From a virus, in the IMG/VR virus record IMGVR_UViG_3300037245_003639: a DNA stretch of 64,000 nucleotides; one strand, 5' to 3'. Below are positions 1 to 9,926 of the stretch, one piece after another. Position numbers and translations under genes: made by a program. Every line of letters begins with the position of its first letter. The first letter of the stretch is position 1. The notes below the pieces were generated by a model. The model was given only the letters and a program-made list of their open reading frames with translations. It had not been told where the DNA came from and ran no database searches.

Positions 1-311
1 TTCAAAAACTCTTGATTGCCACTAGAAAAGCCGATAAGCTTTTGGATAAAACCACCGCTAATATCCCAGTCTTGAGTTAGCTCCTCTTCAAAGATGAGTC
101 TCTTCTCTAGTTGGTTTATGCCTGATACAGTCAGAAGTTCAGCGTCTACCGTATCCGAATTTCGGATAACAACAGTATCCCCAAGATTAAAGCGACGAAT
201 GCTCTCTAGATATGCGTAGCTCGTCCCTTCCGTAGCCGTTTGAGTTAGTGGAATCATCTGAGCGATGTATTTCTCGATGATTAGTTTTATGGCTTTTTGC
301 AGATCGAGCAT
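1..311 (-). CDS. hypothetical protein (5'-partial in window; runs off left edge)
   Basis: open frame on minus strand from ATG at 309-311 to window edge (MLDLQKAIKLIIEKY...); same orientation as neighbours. Confidence 0.35.
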   Translation of the reverse strand, partial: MLDLQKAIKLIIEKYIAQMIPLTQTATEGTSYAYLESIRRFNLGDTVVIRNSDTVDAELLTVSGINQLEKRLIFEEELTQDWDISGGFIQKLIGFSSGNQEFL

Positions 312-577
312 TACCCTTCTACACTCCTATTAATCTGGCGATATATCCCTCGAATAAAATCAAATATCTCTTGATTATCCTGTTCGAATTGGGCGCTCTC
401 TCGCTCAGACATCTTCAAATTGCCATCCTCATCTTTCACGTCCTGATGCAGGAAAGGTCCAGGAACAAAACTTGCAGTCTTGCCTATGTCAACTTTGCCT
501 TCAAGACTGTTTATAACAGCCTGGCGGCGCTGGAGCTTCTGAATCACTTTGTCGATGTTTTTGATACCTTTTATCAT
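311..577 (-). CDS. hypothetical protein
   Basis: 88-aa ORF in minus-strand gene block; stop overlaps next start. Confidence 0.4.
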   Translation of the reverse strand: MIKGIKNIDKVIQKLQRRQAVINSLEGKVDIGKTASFVPGPFLHQDVKDEDGNLKMSERESAQFEQDNQEIFDFIRGIYRQINRSVEG

Positions 578-1317
578 GTCGGTTTACTCAGATCTCGTTC
601 AGTAGTGTTATATCCACGATCTCTATGAGCATATGTGTCATCAAGCCATGGATTACCAAAGCGGTCTCCAATCCTTTGTTGACAATACAGAATAATTTTG
701 CCGTTCAAAATGTCATTCAGACGGCCCAGGGCTATGTTGCGCATCTCTTGGCCATATTCCGAAACATTAGGTTCATTTTGGGCCGCGAAATATTTGTCGT
801 ATATGAAAGCTGCTGCGAAACGAGCAGAAATCTCGTTGACAGGATACGGATAAGCTATCCGAAAGACTCTTGCCCCCGCATCAAAGAAAGTGAGAATAGG
901 ATCTAACGTGGTAATGCTGTTCTGGTCAATAATCGTAGCAACGATATGAACTTCCTCAACCCCTGTATCTTCATCTCGGAGAATAATCTCCTCACCGGGG
1001 TTTAGGTTGTGAGTCGTGCTCGTCTCAACTATCTGGTTGTATTCACTGATAGCTGAATCAAGCTCCCATTCCCCACTAACACATTTTACCAGAGGAGTTT
1101 TGTATAATTGTGAAATGCTGCCATCGATGCGACTGTCTGACAACGAAATATAATACTCAACCACCTCATCAGGTATCCTATTGACACCAACAGGGTTATC
1201 GGGATTCGCTGCGGGGATGTTGATTAGATTTATTTTATCCCCGGTTTGGTCGGGCCGAGCACTAGTCACGGCCTGCGGTAGAATAAGATCGACCTCGATC
1301 ACGGATGCATAGCCCAT
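574..1317 (-). CDS. hypothetical protein
   Basis: 247-aa ORF, no recognisable motif. Confidence 0.55.
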   Translation of the reverse strand: MGYASVIEVDLILPQAVTSARPDQTGDKINLINIPAANPDNPVGVNRIPDEVVEYYISLSDSRIDGSISQLYKTPLVKCVSGEWELDSAISEYNQIVETSTTHNLNPGEEIILRDEDTGVEEVHIVATIIDQNSITTLDPILTFFDAGARVFRIAYPYPVNEISARFAAAFIYDKYFAAQNEPNVSEYGQEMRNIALGRLNDILNGKIILYCQQRIGDRFGNPWLDDTYAHRDRGYNTTERDLSKPT

Positions 1318-1340
1318 TATTGTCCCTCGAAGAATTGCTC

Positions 1341-2456
1341 TTATTTATTCTTGGCAGTCTTCGGGGCTTTGTCCTGTTGGTTCTTGCTCTTATTCTCAAC
1401 TGCCAGTGATTTGATCAAACAACCATTAGACACCGCATACAGGGGATTTTCGGCCAAACGAGCGCTCTTCACTTTGAAGGGCAAGTCCACAGATTTGAGC
1501 ACTGCGTTAAATTTTTCCATGAAGCCAGGCACGCTGGCAGTCCCTCCTGCCACAATAACTTCCAGCGGAGAATCTATCTGGTTCTCAAGCTCATTGAATT
1601 TTTGAGCAAAATTCCGCAGAGCATGCTCAATCATGTTCTGATAAAAGATCTTCAAAGCTGCCTGACGCATATCAGACATATCCACATTGTTTAGGTCAAA
1701 GTTCTTTTCTTTGTAGCGAGTAATCACGGACATATCCACGCCAGCAACCTTGGCCGCTTCGCGGTCAATCCAGTCGCCCGAACGAGCTATGGAAAAACTA
1801 ATCAACGGCATTTGCCTGTAAGCAAAACAAACATTGCACATTCCAGCCCCAAAGGAAAAGGCAATTCCTGTAAATTTAGCCTCACCATTAGGTTCATTTT
1901 CATCTGGCATCGTTGGCTGCTCGCTGAAGATAATGGCCATCGCTTCCGGAATGCATTCGATAGAATACCCCAGTCCCTGCAAAAAACTCGTCAGCATAGT
2001 CTTGTGAAACATTACAGACAGATTGCTATCGATTGGATCTCCAGGAGAACAAAAACACAAAGTCTCATCAGGCTGGTTTGGCTTACCCAATAGATTCTCG
2101 ATGAGTTTTTGAATGATGGCTACACTGAGCTTTTCCTCGCTGGTATTCAGGATACCATTCTGCATTGGGCGCCGAAGTTCACTTATTTTGGTTGCGATTA
2201 GATTTTCGTTCGTCGAACTGGATTTTATTGTAAGAAGGTTTTTGAGTTTGATAGCATCCTCGCCAAGTATGTAAAAGTCATCATCATACTTGGCATATGC
2301 CCAGTTGTTTTCTTTGAGAGTTTCCTCGGTATCGTCAGTGGTAGCAGCATTGAGGAAAACGTTGCGTTCAACAGTAAAAGCACTGCCCCCACCCGCTATA
2401 TCGTCTACTTCGCTTTTGACGAGAAACATGGTCCCGATATCAAGGCCCTTAGCCAT
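1341..2456 (-). CDS. actin-like ATPase (ASKHA superfamily, ParM/MreB/Hsp70-like)
   Basis: N-terminal phosphate-1 motif GLDIGTMFLVK and C-terminal VIVAGGTASVPGF adenosine/phosphate-2 motif. Confidence 0.6.
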   Translation of the reverse strand: MAKGLDIGTMFLVKSEVDDIAGGGSAFTVERNVFLNAATTDDTEETLKENNWAYAKYDDDFYILGEDAIKLKNLLTIKSSSTNENLIATKISELRRPMQNGILNTSEEKLSVAIIQKLIENLLGKPNQPDETLCFCSPGDPIDSNLSVMFHKTMLTSFLQGLGYSIECIPEAMAIIFSEQPTMPDENEPNGEAKFTGIAFSFGAGMCNVCFAYRQMPLISFSIARSGDWIDREAAKVAGVDMSVITRYKEKNFDLNNVDMSDMRQAALKIFYQNMIEHALRNFAQKFNELENQIDSPLEVIVAGGTASVPGFMEKFNAVLKSVDLPFKVKSARLAENPLYAVSNGCLIKSLAVENKSKNQQDKAPKTAKNK

Positions 2457-2466
2457 AATTCACTCC

Positions 2467-3075
2467 TTAGTCAAGTTCATTAGCCAAATCACTAGCACTC
2501 TTTTTGTTTACAATGCGAATAGGTTTGGCCTTATTTTGCCCACCAGTTTCAATTCCCTCCGAAATCTTCCGAATCGATTCCTGCGATATTTCAGCAAACT
2601 GCTTTGGATCAATAGGTAAATCGGCGTTTTCTGATTTCTTTGGTCCTGCAATCTGGATGCTATTAATCTGATCTCTTATCGAAGAAACCAGTCCACCCAT
2701 ATTGTTTACAATGGCCTTTTGAATTGTATGTTCAATATCAAGATGAGGCTGATCTTGTAATTCCTCTGCTACTGCTTGTTTGATGAGCCTGCTCAATTGG
2801 GCTTCATCTATTTTTTGCACTGTGGTCTTTTCTATGACCTGTGGCACAGGTTGAACAGCAGGTTTATCTGCTTGTATTATACTGTGTCGTGTTAGTGCCA
2901 ATCTGCGCTGAGCTATCGCTTTTTTCAGATCGAAACTCCCATCTATGGAGTTTCTGTCGGTGACTAATTCCAGATCCAAAATCTTACGCGGACCAATTTC
3001 GACCCGCAAGTCAGACAGAATGATTGTCCTGGTTGTAAGATTATGAACAATAAACATGCTAATGACCGACCCCAA
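2467..3075 (-). CDS. hypothetical protein
   Basis: 202-aa ORF; start uncertain. Confidence 0.45.
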   Translation of the reverse strand: MGSVISMFIVHNLTTRTIILSDLRVEIGPRKILDLELVTDRNSIDGSFDLKKAIAQRRLALTRHSIIQADKPAVQPVPQVIEKTTVQKIDEAQLSRLIKQAVAEELQDQPHLDIEHTIQKAIVNNMGGLVSSIRDQINSIQIAGPKKSENADLPIDPKQFAEISQESIRKISEGIETGGQNKAKPIRIVNKKSASDLANELD

Positions 3076-3286
3076 TCCGAGGTAATGGAGGAGGCATATC
3101 TTTGCCGAAAAACATCTCGTTCATATGTTTGCATATACTACAAAGATAGTAGACCTTACTCTCTCTAAAGTTAAACTCTATACTGGCTTTTTCTGCGTCT
3201 CGGTTATTACATTTTCCGCAAACACAACTTATCTCGTTGACCCCGATTTCAGCGGTTCCTTCGATACGTATTGTCCCTATAGCCAT
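3059..3286 (-). CDS. small zinc-ribbon protein
   Basis: two CxxC pairs (CVCGKC ... CSICKH) in 75 aa. Confidence 0.4.
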   Translation of the reverse strand: MAIGTIRIEGTAEIGVNEISCVCGKCNNRDAEKASIEFNFRESKVYYLCSICKHMNEMFFGKDMPPPLPRIGVGH

Positions 3287-3314
3287 TTCTCGTCTCCTTA
3301 GAGTTCATTATACA

Positions 3315-4364
3315 TCAAAGAGACAATCCGAGAACATCAAAGACAATGGTCATGGGGTTTAGAATAGTCGTACTATCCGAGCCTGCAAATAACAACCCTA
3401 CTAGGTTATTGTTCGTATCTAGAACCGCAGAGCCGGAATCCCCACCGGCACTCATGGCTCCTGCTACAATCTGTTCATCAAATTGAGCAATTTTACCCGC
3501 TCCATACTGGACACTCACGGTAGCATCGATCAACATGACCTCACCAGTAGTGTATTTGGTAGTACGTCCATACTTCTGAAGAGGCATGCCAAGCTCTGCT
3601 TCAATCACTCCAACAGGCTTTCCTATTTGAACGATATCTTCATTGACGGGCTCGATTGGGTCCGCTAATGCAGCATCCATCTTATTAGCCTCTTCAGATG
3701 TAGTAACTGCAATTAGACGATGTTTGCGGCCCAGGCTTTTGGCAGCGATATTGGCAGCCCCCGCCGTTGCTTTAGCGATTGGACAAGTAGGAGGGTTGCC
3801 AGGAGGAGTTCCTTCCCCTCCGAATACAATGGGAACAAACTCGGCGAGATGAGCGATCAGGTCTGCTGACGATCCCCCGTCATATACGCCTGGCTGATAG
3901 ATCTCATCGCCAATTTCGGCATCGTTACTGTTCGCCAAGACATGGTTGTTGCTAAGAATGTAACTTAGTCCTTCTTTCTTGACCACACAACCGAACGTAC
4001 CAGCAGTAATGTTTTTGTGACCAATCGAAATACCAGGCATCGCTGGACGATGTTTTTGAGTTGGGTCAAATTCCGTCGCCGCGGCAGCCAGAGCGGCTCT
4101 TTTCTTTTTCTTTTTGTTTTGAGCTACAATATTGTTAGTCTCGATGACATCTGTGCCAATGCCTTCTAGGGTCGGTGGTATCTGATCCTTCTTCGCTAAT
4201 GTTTGCATGCTCAGTTTTTTAGTGACTCCGAAGACAATAACCAATTCATCGGTTTTCTGACCATCCTTGATTTTGTAACCGTAGCCGATGATGTTGACAT
4301 TGGCTTTCTTCAACATCGCTCTGCGGTGTTTTCGAATTGCTTTACGGGCTGTTTTGCGATCCAT
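3315..4364 (-). CDS. trypsin-like (S1) serine peptidase with basic N-terminal extension
   Basis: SNNHVLA His region, GDSGSAV catalytic Ser motif near C-terminus; K-rich linker. Confidence 0.65.
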   Translation of the reverse strand: MDRKTARKAIRKHRRAMLKKANVNIIGYGYKIKDGQKTDELVIVFGVTKKLSMQTLAKKDQIPPTLEGIGTDVIETNNIVAQNKKKKKRAALAAAATEFDPTQKHRPAMPGISIGHKNITAGTFGCVVKKEGLSYILSNNHVLANSNDAEIGDEIYQPGVYDGGSSADLIAHLAEFVPIVFGGEGTPPGNPPTCPIAKATAGAANIAAKSLGRKHRLIAVTTSEEANKMDAALADPIEPVNEDIVQIGKPVGVIEAELGMPLQKYGRTTKYTTGEVMLIDATVSVQYGAGKIAQFDEQIVAGAMSAGGDSGSAVLDTNNNLVGLLFAGSDSTTILNPMTIVFDVLGLSL

Positions 4365-5121
4365 GGTTGCCTCCCTCTCTCTGTAATGTTAATTCTTGTT
4401 GACGAGCTTCGTATCTCTCTTCAATCCTCCGGACTAACTCATGTCTAACGATTGACGCTTCTGTCAGTTGAATAATTCCGATATCATCAATCCCTTCCAA
4501 GAGTTGCATCGCATCGGATAAGCCGTTCTTACCTTGGATGTCAGTTTGACGGATATCTCCACAAATAATCATCTTAGAGTCTTCGCCTAATCGTGTTAAA
4601 AGCATCCTCACCTGATCAGGCGTTGAGTTCTGCATTTCGTCGCATATTATGAACGATTTGCGGAATGTAACACCCCGCATATAAGCCAACGGAATAATGC
4701 GGATAGACGAACCTTTTCCATTACCACTGTTGCCATTACCACTGTTGCCATTCCCATTTTTCATCAGTTTATTCATCGTTTCGACAGGAACCACCTGCGA
4801 CATAGCATCGTAAATAGGCATCAGATACGGGTTGATTTTGTCGATCATATCACCAGGCAGAAACCCTAATTTCTCGCCCGCTGCCTCGATAACAGGTCTG
4901 GTGAGAACTAACTTTTCAAACTTATCCTTAAAGAGTTGTTGTAGTCCATAGGCAACAGCTAGGAATGTTTTCCCAGTCCCCGCTGGGCCTGTGACGAAGG
5001 TTATAGTTCTGTGGCTGATGGCTCGAAGTAGAATTTTCTGTTCATCGGTTTTAGCTGAAACGATGATCTTAAGACCATCCAAAATCTCTGACGGGTCTAC
5101 TGAATTGTGTCTCTTTGCCAT
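4342..5121 (-). CDS. phoH: PhoH-like ATPase
   Basis: Walker A GPAGTGKTFLA, Walker B FIICDEMQN, overall PhoH architecture; contains GNGNSGNGNSGNGKG repeat insertion. Confidence 0.8.
   Translation of the reverse strand: MAKRHNSVDPSEILDGLKIIVSAKTDEQKILLRAISHRTITFVTGPAGTGKTFLAVAYGLQQLFKDKFEKLVLTRPVIEAAGEKLGFLPGDMIDKINPYLMPIYDAMSQVVPVETMNKLMKNGNGNSGNGNSGNGKGSSIRIIPLAYMRGVTFRKSFIICDEMQNSTPDQVRMLLTRLGEDSKMIICGDIRQTDIQGKNGLSDAMQLLEGIDDIGIIQLTEASIVRHELVRRIEERYEARQQELTLQREGGNHGSQNSP
4719..4760. repeat. tandem 15-bp repeat (CCATTACCACTGTTG x ~2.8) inside phoH-like gene
   Basis: direct reading of sequence; encodes Gly/Asn/Ser loop. Confidence 0.7.
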
Positions 5122-5127
5122 AAATGA

Positions 5128-5532
5128 TTAGCACCTCCTGATTGCTCTAATCTTACAAAATTTACTGTTCTTACCCCAGTTACTCACTACCAAATCTCCA
5201 AATACTATATTCGAATCATAGTAACCATCGAACTCAAGAATCAAATTCTCGATCGTTTCCCAATCGTTTTTGTTAACAAGAAAGACCTTACCAAGTTTGA
5301 GGGCCTGAAGCCTCATCTCGATAAGGTCTATACCATAGTAATCTTTGATGTAATCCAACCTGTTATCAACAACGTTTTGAACGATAACTTCATACCACCT
5401 GTCTTCAAAGAAACTGCTAACCAATCTTGATTGTTCCCTGTGTGACAAGGCATCAAAGTACCCTTGTCTCTCCTCAAGAGTCTTTTGACTATAGTCGTTC
5501 CAAAATGCTTCGAATGTGAGATATAGCTTCAT
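5128..5532 (-). CDS. hypothetical protein
   Basis: 134-aa ORF. Confidence 0.45.
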   Translation of the reverse strand: MKLYLTFEAFWNDYSQKTLEERQGYFDALSHREQSRLVSSFFEDRWYEVIVQNVVDNRLDYIKDYYGIDLIEMRLQALKLGKVFLVNKNDWETIENLILEFDGYYDSNIVFGDLVVSNWGKNSKFCKIRAIRRC

Positions 5533-5589
5533 GCCGTACCTCGTTCTGCACTTTATTACGAGGCAGCGACAGTTGGTTCCTGCTTTTAA

Positions 5590-6381
5590 TTAGTGAGGAA
5601 AGACATGCTGTCGGGTATGCTTGACCCAGTTCATAGAATTAAAGAGGTCCAATTTTGCCCGCAATTCCTGAGCGTCCGCAGAAACCTCGATAAAGCATTG
5701 AGACCAGGGGATTGTACGATTTTGAATCGGTTTGATCTGTGCAGTGGTCATCAAAAACTCCATTTTTGAACCATCAATTGGAACTGCCGAATTTTCAAGA
5801 ACCATCATATAATTTTCAAACTTGCGATATCGTTCCATTTCGTGAGCACGCCATTTTCTCTGCGTAGCAAGGTCTCCTAAAACATCAAACGCTTCTGCTA
5901 GCTTTTCTTTGATATTTTGGACAGTCCCAAATAACTGAAGCTTAACTTCTTTATCGGTCGCCGAGGCTACTCGATAAAGCTGTGAATCTTCGGAGACAGA
6001 AGTGAAATACTTTTGCGTCTCAGTCGATTGTCTAAAATTCTTAAGACTTCGTTCAAAATGCTCTTGAAGTTGGGCAAACTTACCTATAACCTCTACCGGG
6101 GATAAAAGCTGGCCGACAGTTAAAGTCACTGATGCAGGGGTATTGGCTTCGACTTGACAAACTCCACCTTTCTCGGGAAGAGTAACATCAGGTATTTTTG
6201 CGCTGACGATTACTTTATTCTCAGTGAAAGCGTCGCTTCTCGGCATCTTGCGATGAAGCCTAGCCCCCTTTGGAACGGCTTTCATAAAACGCCACTCGTA
6301 AAATTCCGCGGGAGAAATGGTGGCGAAATACGCAGCAGGATCGTTATTTACAGTAGTAAATGCCTGTGTTATCCAACTCAT
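5590..6381 (-). CDS. hypothetical protein
   Basis: 263-aa ORF. Confidence 0.5.
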   Translation of the reverse strand: MSWITQAFTTVNNDPAAYFATISPAEFYEWRFMKAVPKGARLHRKMPRSDAFTENKVIVSAKIPDVTLPEKGGVCQVEANTPASVTLTVGQLLSPVEVIGKFAQLQEHFERSLKNFRQSTETQKYFTSVSEDSQLYRVASATDKEVKLQLFGTVQNIKEKLAEAFDVLGDLATQRKWRAHEMERYRKFENYMMVLENSAVPIDGSKMEFLMTTAQIKPIQNRTIPWSQCFIEVSADAQELRAKLDLFNSMNWVKHTRQHVFPH

Positions 6382-6550
6382 GATGACAACCTTCTAAAAT
6401 AGCGAGGGAATACTCCAAATTGAGCAAGAACAGTGTTTAACTGACCATCCAGTTTGTCGAGGTCTTTCTTCTCTAGGACCGGCTTTTCCAAAAGCGTCTC
6501 CGCGAGTTTCTCGATTTCTTTGACCTCAGTAACATCGGATTTCTTTCTCA

Positions 6551-7324
6551 TTATTGTGCTCCTGTCTCTGGTACCGCAGGTACAGCGGAGATGGCTCCTG
6601 CCGCAGGAACCTCACGAGAAACCCCTGGAACATCTGCGGTTGCTCCGTCATCTTGAAAAGTTGAGGGATGAGTTTTGCGCTGGTCTTCGGGGGATTGACG
6701 GGGAGCAATAAACGGCTGAGCTATCTTTCGAACATCAACCCATAACGTTCCATCAAATCCCTCATAAGCATTAGATGTTCTTCCTCTAGACAATGCCAAT
6801 TCCGTAGGAAAATCCTGCATTAGATACATACCTTGAGCACTCGTATCGAGTGTCCCGGCTTTGACATCTCTGCGATACGCAGGAGGTAAGTTAGCCGCTG
6901 ACTTTGCCTCTTCAAAAACCTGGTTTAAATCTACAGAAACAGTGCGACCTGACATTTCTTGGGGAGGCTGGCAATCTTCCTCTTCCTTCTCAGCGACGGG
7001 TTCAGCACGACCTTCACCAGAGAACTCCTCGAAAGACATAACCTGCTCGCCCCTCTCTCCTGCTTGAGTCCTGCTTTCTTCCTCTGTTCTATGACCTGAT
7101 TCGTGTTGTATTGTGCTTTGTATCTCACAACGAATGTAAGGCAAAGCATCCTCGTAAATATCGACAGTTTCGTTCATCATTTGCTCAGGGATAATCTGGG
7201 CTATTCTAATTGATGGGTCAGTATGGCTGGCAGGAATGTTGGCATATACCATCGGGGTTCTATTGGGATATTTTCGACCTTGCGGAATAGACGCTGCTGG
7301 TATATGGTTATCGTATAGTATCAT
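6551..7324 (-). CDS. hypothetical acidic protein
   Basis: 257-aa ORF, longest frame in region; antisense ORFs considered spurious. Confidence 0.4.
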   Translation of the reverse strand: MILYDNHIPAASIPQGRKYPNRTPMVYANIPASHTDPSIRIAQIIPEQMMNETVDIYEDALPYIRCEIQSTIQHESGHRTEEESRTQAGERGEQVMSFEEFSGEGRAEPVAEKEEEDCQPPQEMSGRTVSVDLNQVFEEAKSAANLPPAYRRDVKAGTLDTSAQGMYLMQDFPTELALSRGRTSNAYEGFDGTLWVDVRKIAQPFIAPRQSPEDQRKTHPSTFQDDGATADVPGVSREVPAAGAISAVPAVPETGAQ

Positions 7325-7755
7325 TTTTGAACTCTAATTTGCAATCGATCTAAATCTTTCTTCACAATATCCTCAGCTTTGCCGATTACATAAAAGTTTG
7401 GGCTGAAGATATGTATATCTCCCTGTATGCCGTTCAATCTGCCCAGTACCTTCATCAACGTTTTGAAATTAGGACTTTCACTCCAAATGTCATCTACTTC
7501 TGAGCAGCCGACTTGAAGCATCACATCGGCCCGAAAAACAAGGCGGATAAAACCTTCATCTACCTTCTCGTTCATCCACTTTAGGTTATTTTCAGCGCTG
7601 GGCTCACTACCCAAGTGTCGAATAATCGTCTCCCAGTGGTGCTCTTCGTAATTTTCCCCTACTATGAGACCACCATCGGGCGCAATCCAATTCCCGACAG
7701 ATACGGTGAATCCTGCTTTATGAGCGACTTCTTCGCAGATTATCTCGGACACCAC
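7321..7755 (-). CDS. hypothetical protein
   Basis: 144-aa ORF, start overlaps upstream stop. Confidence 0.5.
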   Translation of the reverse strand: MVSEIICEEVAHKAGFTVSVGNWIAPDGGLIVGENYEEHHWETIIRHLGSEPSAENNLKWMNEKVDEGFIRLVFRADVMLQVGCSEVDDIWSESPNFKTLMKVLGRLNGIQGDIHIFSPNFYVIGKAEDIVKKDLDRLQIRVQK

Positions 7756-7782
7756 AGGCCTCTTTGCCGCTATACCGTGCCC

Positions 7783-8115
7783 TTATATTACGTCCCCTCC
7801 TTGAACGGCCACATCCATCGGCTCAGGGGCAGGAGCCTGTACTGGATCAGGGGACCGAACAGGTGCAGACCGAAAACCATCATGCATAACGTTTCTAGGA
7901 TGAACATCGTGCTCTTCCGCAGGATCTCCATCTGTTTTGACTCGATAGCGGTTGGTCGAACGATCGTAGTTAGTGACCTCACCTTTGCCGAAATCAGGCA
8001 TCAAAACTGTTTGCCCTTTACCTCGACGAGGAGAAGTTAGAAAACGGACCCTGTCTCCAGGGTTGTATCGTCGGTGACGAGCTTCTTTTTGTAGTATTGT
8101 TACGAGCCAATTCAT
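7783..8115 (-). CDS. hypothetical protein with MNWL N-terminal motif
   Basis: starts MNWLVTILQKE; SD-like AGAGAGG upstream. Confidence 0.5.
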   Translation of the reverse strand: MNWLVTILQKEARHRRYNPGDRVRFLTSPRRGKGQTVLMPDFGKGEVTNYDRSTNRYRVKTDGDPAEEHDVHPRNVMHDGFRSAPVRSPDPVQAPAPEPMDVAVQGGDVI

Positions 8116-8163
8116 CGTTATACCTCTCTTCTTGATTATACGGGTTGCCTTGGTAGGCTCCTG

Positions 8164-8550
8164 CTATAGTTTTTGCCAACCCCTGGTCAAACCAAGCCAG
8201 TCATCTGGAAGGTCGTAAGGGGTCATAGCTTGACCCTTACATGCTTCCATGACACCTCTTCCCTGAATCCTGCCACCTTCATGTCCTGGACTTCCTATAA
8301 CAACACCACCATTTACACTGAATAACCGTACCATACGAGAGCATTTCTTACAGTGAGTGCTGTTTATGTTGCTCCAGGGTTTCAAAATGTGGCCGAGAGA
8401 TTCAGCTATTTCTTCTGCTTTTTTCCGGAGAATATCTCTTTGTTCTGTAAGTTCCGCCTCTTTATCTTCCCATCTCATAAGGTTCCAGCCACCACCAAGC
8501 TCTTCTGCCAGATAGCCACTTATCTGAGCCCACTTTATTAACCAATTCAC
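8164..8550 (-). CDS. hypothetical protein, GTG start, (V)NWLIKWAQI N-terminus
   Basis: GTG at 8548-8550 overlaps upstream TGA (GTGA coupling); N-terminus matches MNWLQKI family. Confidence 0.4.
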   Translation of the reverse strand: MNWLIKWAQISGYLAEELGGGWNLMRWEDKEAELTEQRDILRKKAEEIAESLGHILKPWSNINSTHCKKCSRMVRLFSVNGGVVIGSPGHEGGRIQGRGVMEACKGQAMTPYDLPDDWLGLTRGWQKL

Positions 8551-9062
8551 TGTTGTTCTCCGAAAATCTTCGTTCCCATTGCTGAGAGCAACTCTATAAC
8601 TCCTGGATGTAGGTCCAATTGAGAGGCACCTTCCATTGATACCCATCTTGCGTCCGAAACCTCCCAGTTGAGTTGATAGTCCTCCCAGGCTAAATCCAGA
8701 ACTTCAACAATATAGGTAGTATACGTGAAAGTTCCATTGGGAGCCTGCCATACATATTCATCTATCAACCGATAATTCTGCGGTACACTCCCAATCTCTT
8801 CCATGGTTTCTCGTAGAGCTGATGCAAACGAATCCTCATGTTCAGGAATCGCGCCCCCTGTTACTCCCCAAGTATTAGGCTCGAAATCCACATTGTTAGA
8901 GCGAAGGGTCATCAACAACTGCCATCCAAAGTGAGGATGATTTCGAACAAAAAGAACTCCACTGGCACTGTTTCCCCAATAAACCTGTCCGTCTTCATCT
9001 TCGAAAGTCTCATCCTCCTCATAAGCTTGTTTTAGCCACTTTTCAGCGACAATCGCTTTCAT
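8547..9062 (-). CDS. NUDIX hydrolase
   Basis: Nudix box GGAIPEHEDSFASALRETMEEIG; start could alternatively be 9134. Confidence 0.65.
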   Translation of the reverse strand: MKAIVAEKWLKQAYEEDETFEDEDGQVYWGNSASGVLFVRNHPHFGWQLLMTLRSNNVDFEPNTWGVTGGAIPEHEDSFASALRETMEEIGSVPQNYRLIDEYVWQAPNGTFTYTTYIVEVLDLAWEDYQLNWEVSDARWVSMEGASQLDLHPGVIELLSAMGTKIFGEQQ

Positions 9063-9085
9063 TGAGATGTGATTAGTGAAAAATC

Positions 9086-9523
9086 TCACAATCCAGGACT
9101 CTGCTGTGCTTTCTGTCGTCCCGCCAATATCCATTGCTGTGGAATTTCGATTTGTTCTTCGCTGGCCGCATAAAATACGCCAGTGCCATCGTCATAAAGC
9201 TCAAAAATGACACCTCCAGGAACATGACGACAACTCTCTTGATCAGGGGCACCGTTTGTACCAATTTGACACTCTTCGACCCACATCTCTTCGTATTCTA
9301 AGAGATAATCCTCTAAATTTGGCTGAACTAAACTTCTAGCTTGCTCTATACTGTCCACCGGATCTGCTATCACTATATCCAAACTATTTGCATGAGTAGT
9401 TCCCCAAACCATCAATACACCCGGACCGGGATCGCCGAATCGCTCTTCAATTGCCGCAGCATCAGCACCCGCTCTCGCTCTATCCATCATATCATCATAT
9501 TGAGCACTTTTGATTCGTAACAT
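9086..9523 (-). CDS. hypothetical protein with MLRIKSAQ N-terminal motif
   Basis: 145-aa ORF; SD AAGGAG upstream; N-terminus shared with 14922..15206. Confidence 0.5.
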   Translation of the reverse strand: MLRIKSAQYDDMMDRARAGADAAAIEERFGDPGPGVLMVWGTTHANSLDIVIADPVDSIEQARSLVQPNLEDYLLEYEEMWVEECQIGTNGAPDQESCRHVPGGVIFELYDDGTGVFYAASEEQIEIPQQWILAGRQKAQQSPGL

Positions 9524-9524
9524 C

Positions 9525-9926
9525 TTAAACTCCTTGTGATGGGTCTGTTGTAGGCTTCTGCGAAGGATCTCTGAACATAGTTTCAGTCATCCTGTAATCT
9601 TTTTTTCTGCCTCTGTTTTCAAGAAACCCGAATCTCTTGTAAAATTGGACCAACCGATTCCTGGATGTGGTGCCTTGATAGGGGTCTTTCACACCAGGGC
9701 TTAATTCCATGCGTTTTCCAATCTGATCAGCATAGTCGATTAGGTCTTGCACAACTTGACTGCCAAAACCCTGTTTGCGTTGTCCTTTAGGAACAATGAT
9801 ATTACTTAGAACTATCCTGTTTTCGTCTTCATAAACATAAAGAAGCAAACCCGGAACTGCTGATTTCCATTTGTCTACGAGGGCCTGAAGAGCTTCTGAT
9901 TTAGCTATCTTTTGTAACCAATTCAT
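9525..9926 (-). CDS. GNAT family N-acetyltransferase with MNWLQKI N-terminus
   Basis: acetyl-CoA motif QRKQGFGSQVVQDLIDYA; ATG at 9924-9926 overlaps upstream TAA. Confidence 0.6.
   Translation of the reverse strand: MNWLQKIAKSEALQALVDKWKSAVPGLLLYVYEDENRIVLSNIIVPKGQRKQGFGSQVVQDLIDYADQIGKRMELSPGVKDPYQGTTSRNRLVQFYKRFGFLENRGRKKDYRMTETMFRDPSQKPTTDPSQGV

Noticed and set aside
6454-6711. Plus-strand 85-aa ORF and other short antisense ORFs in the first 17 kb (e.g. 371..628, 1351..1605, 1812..2093)
   Set aside because: Embedded antisense within longer minus-strand genes that fit the operon structure
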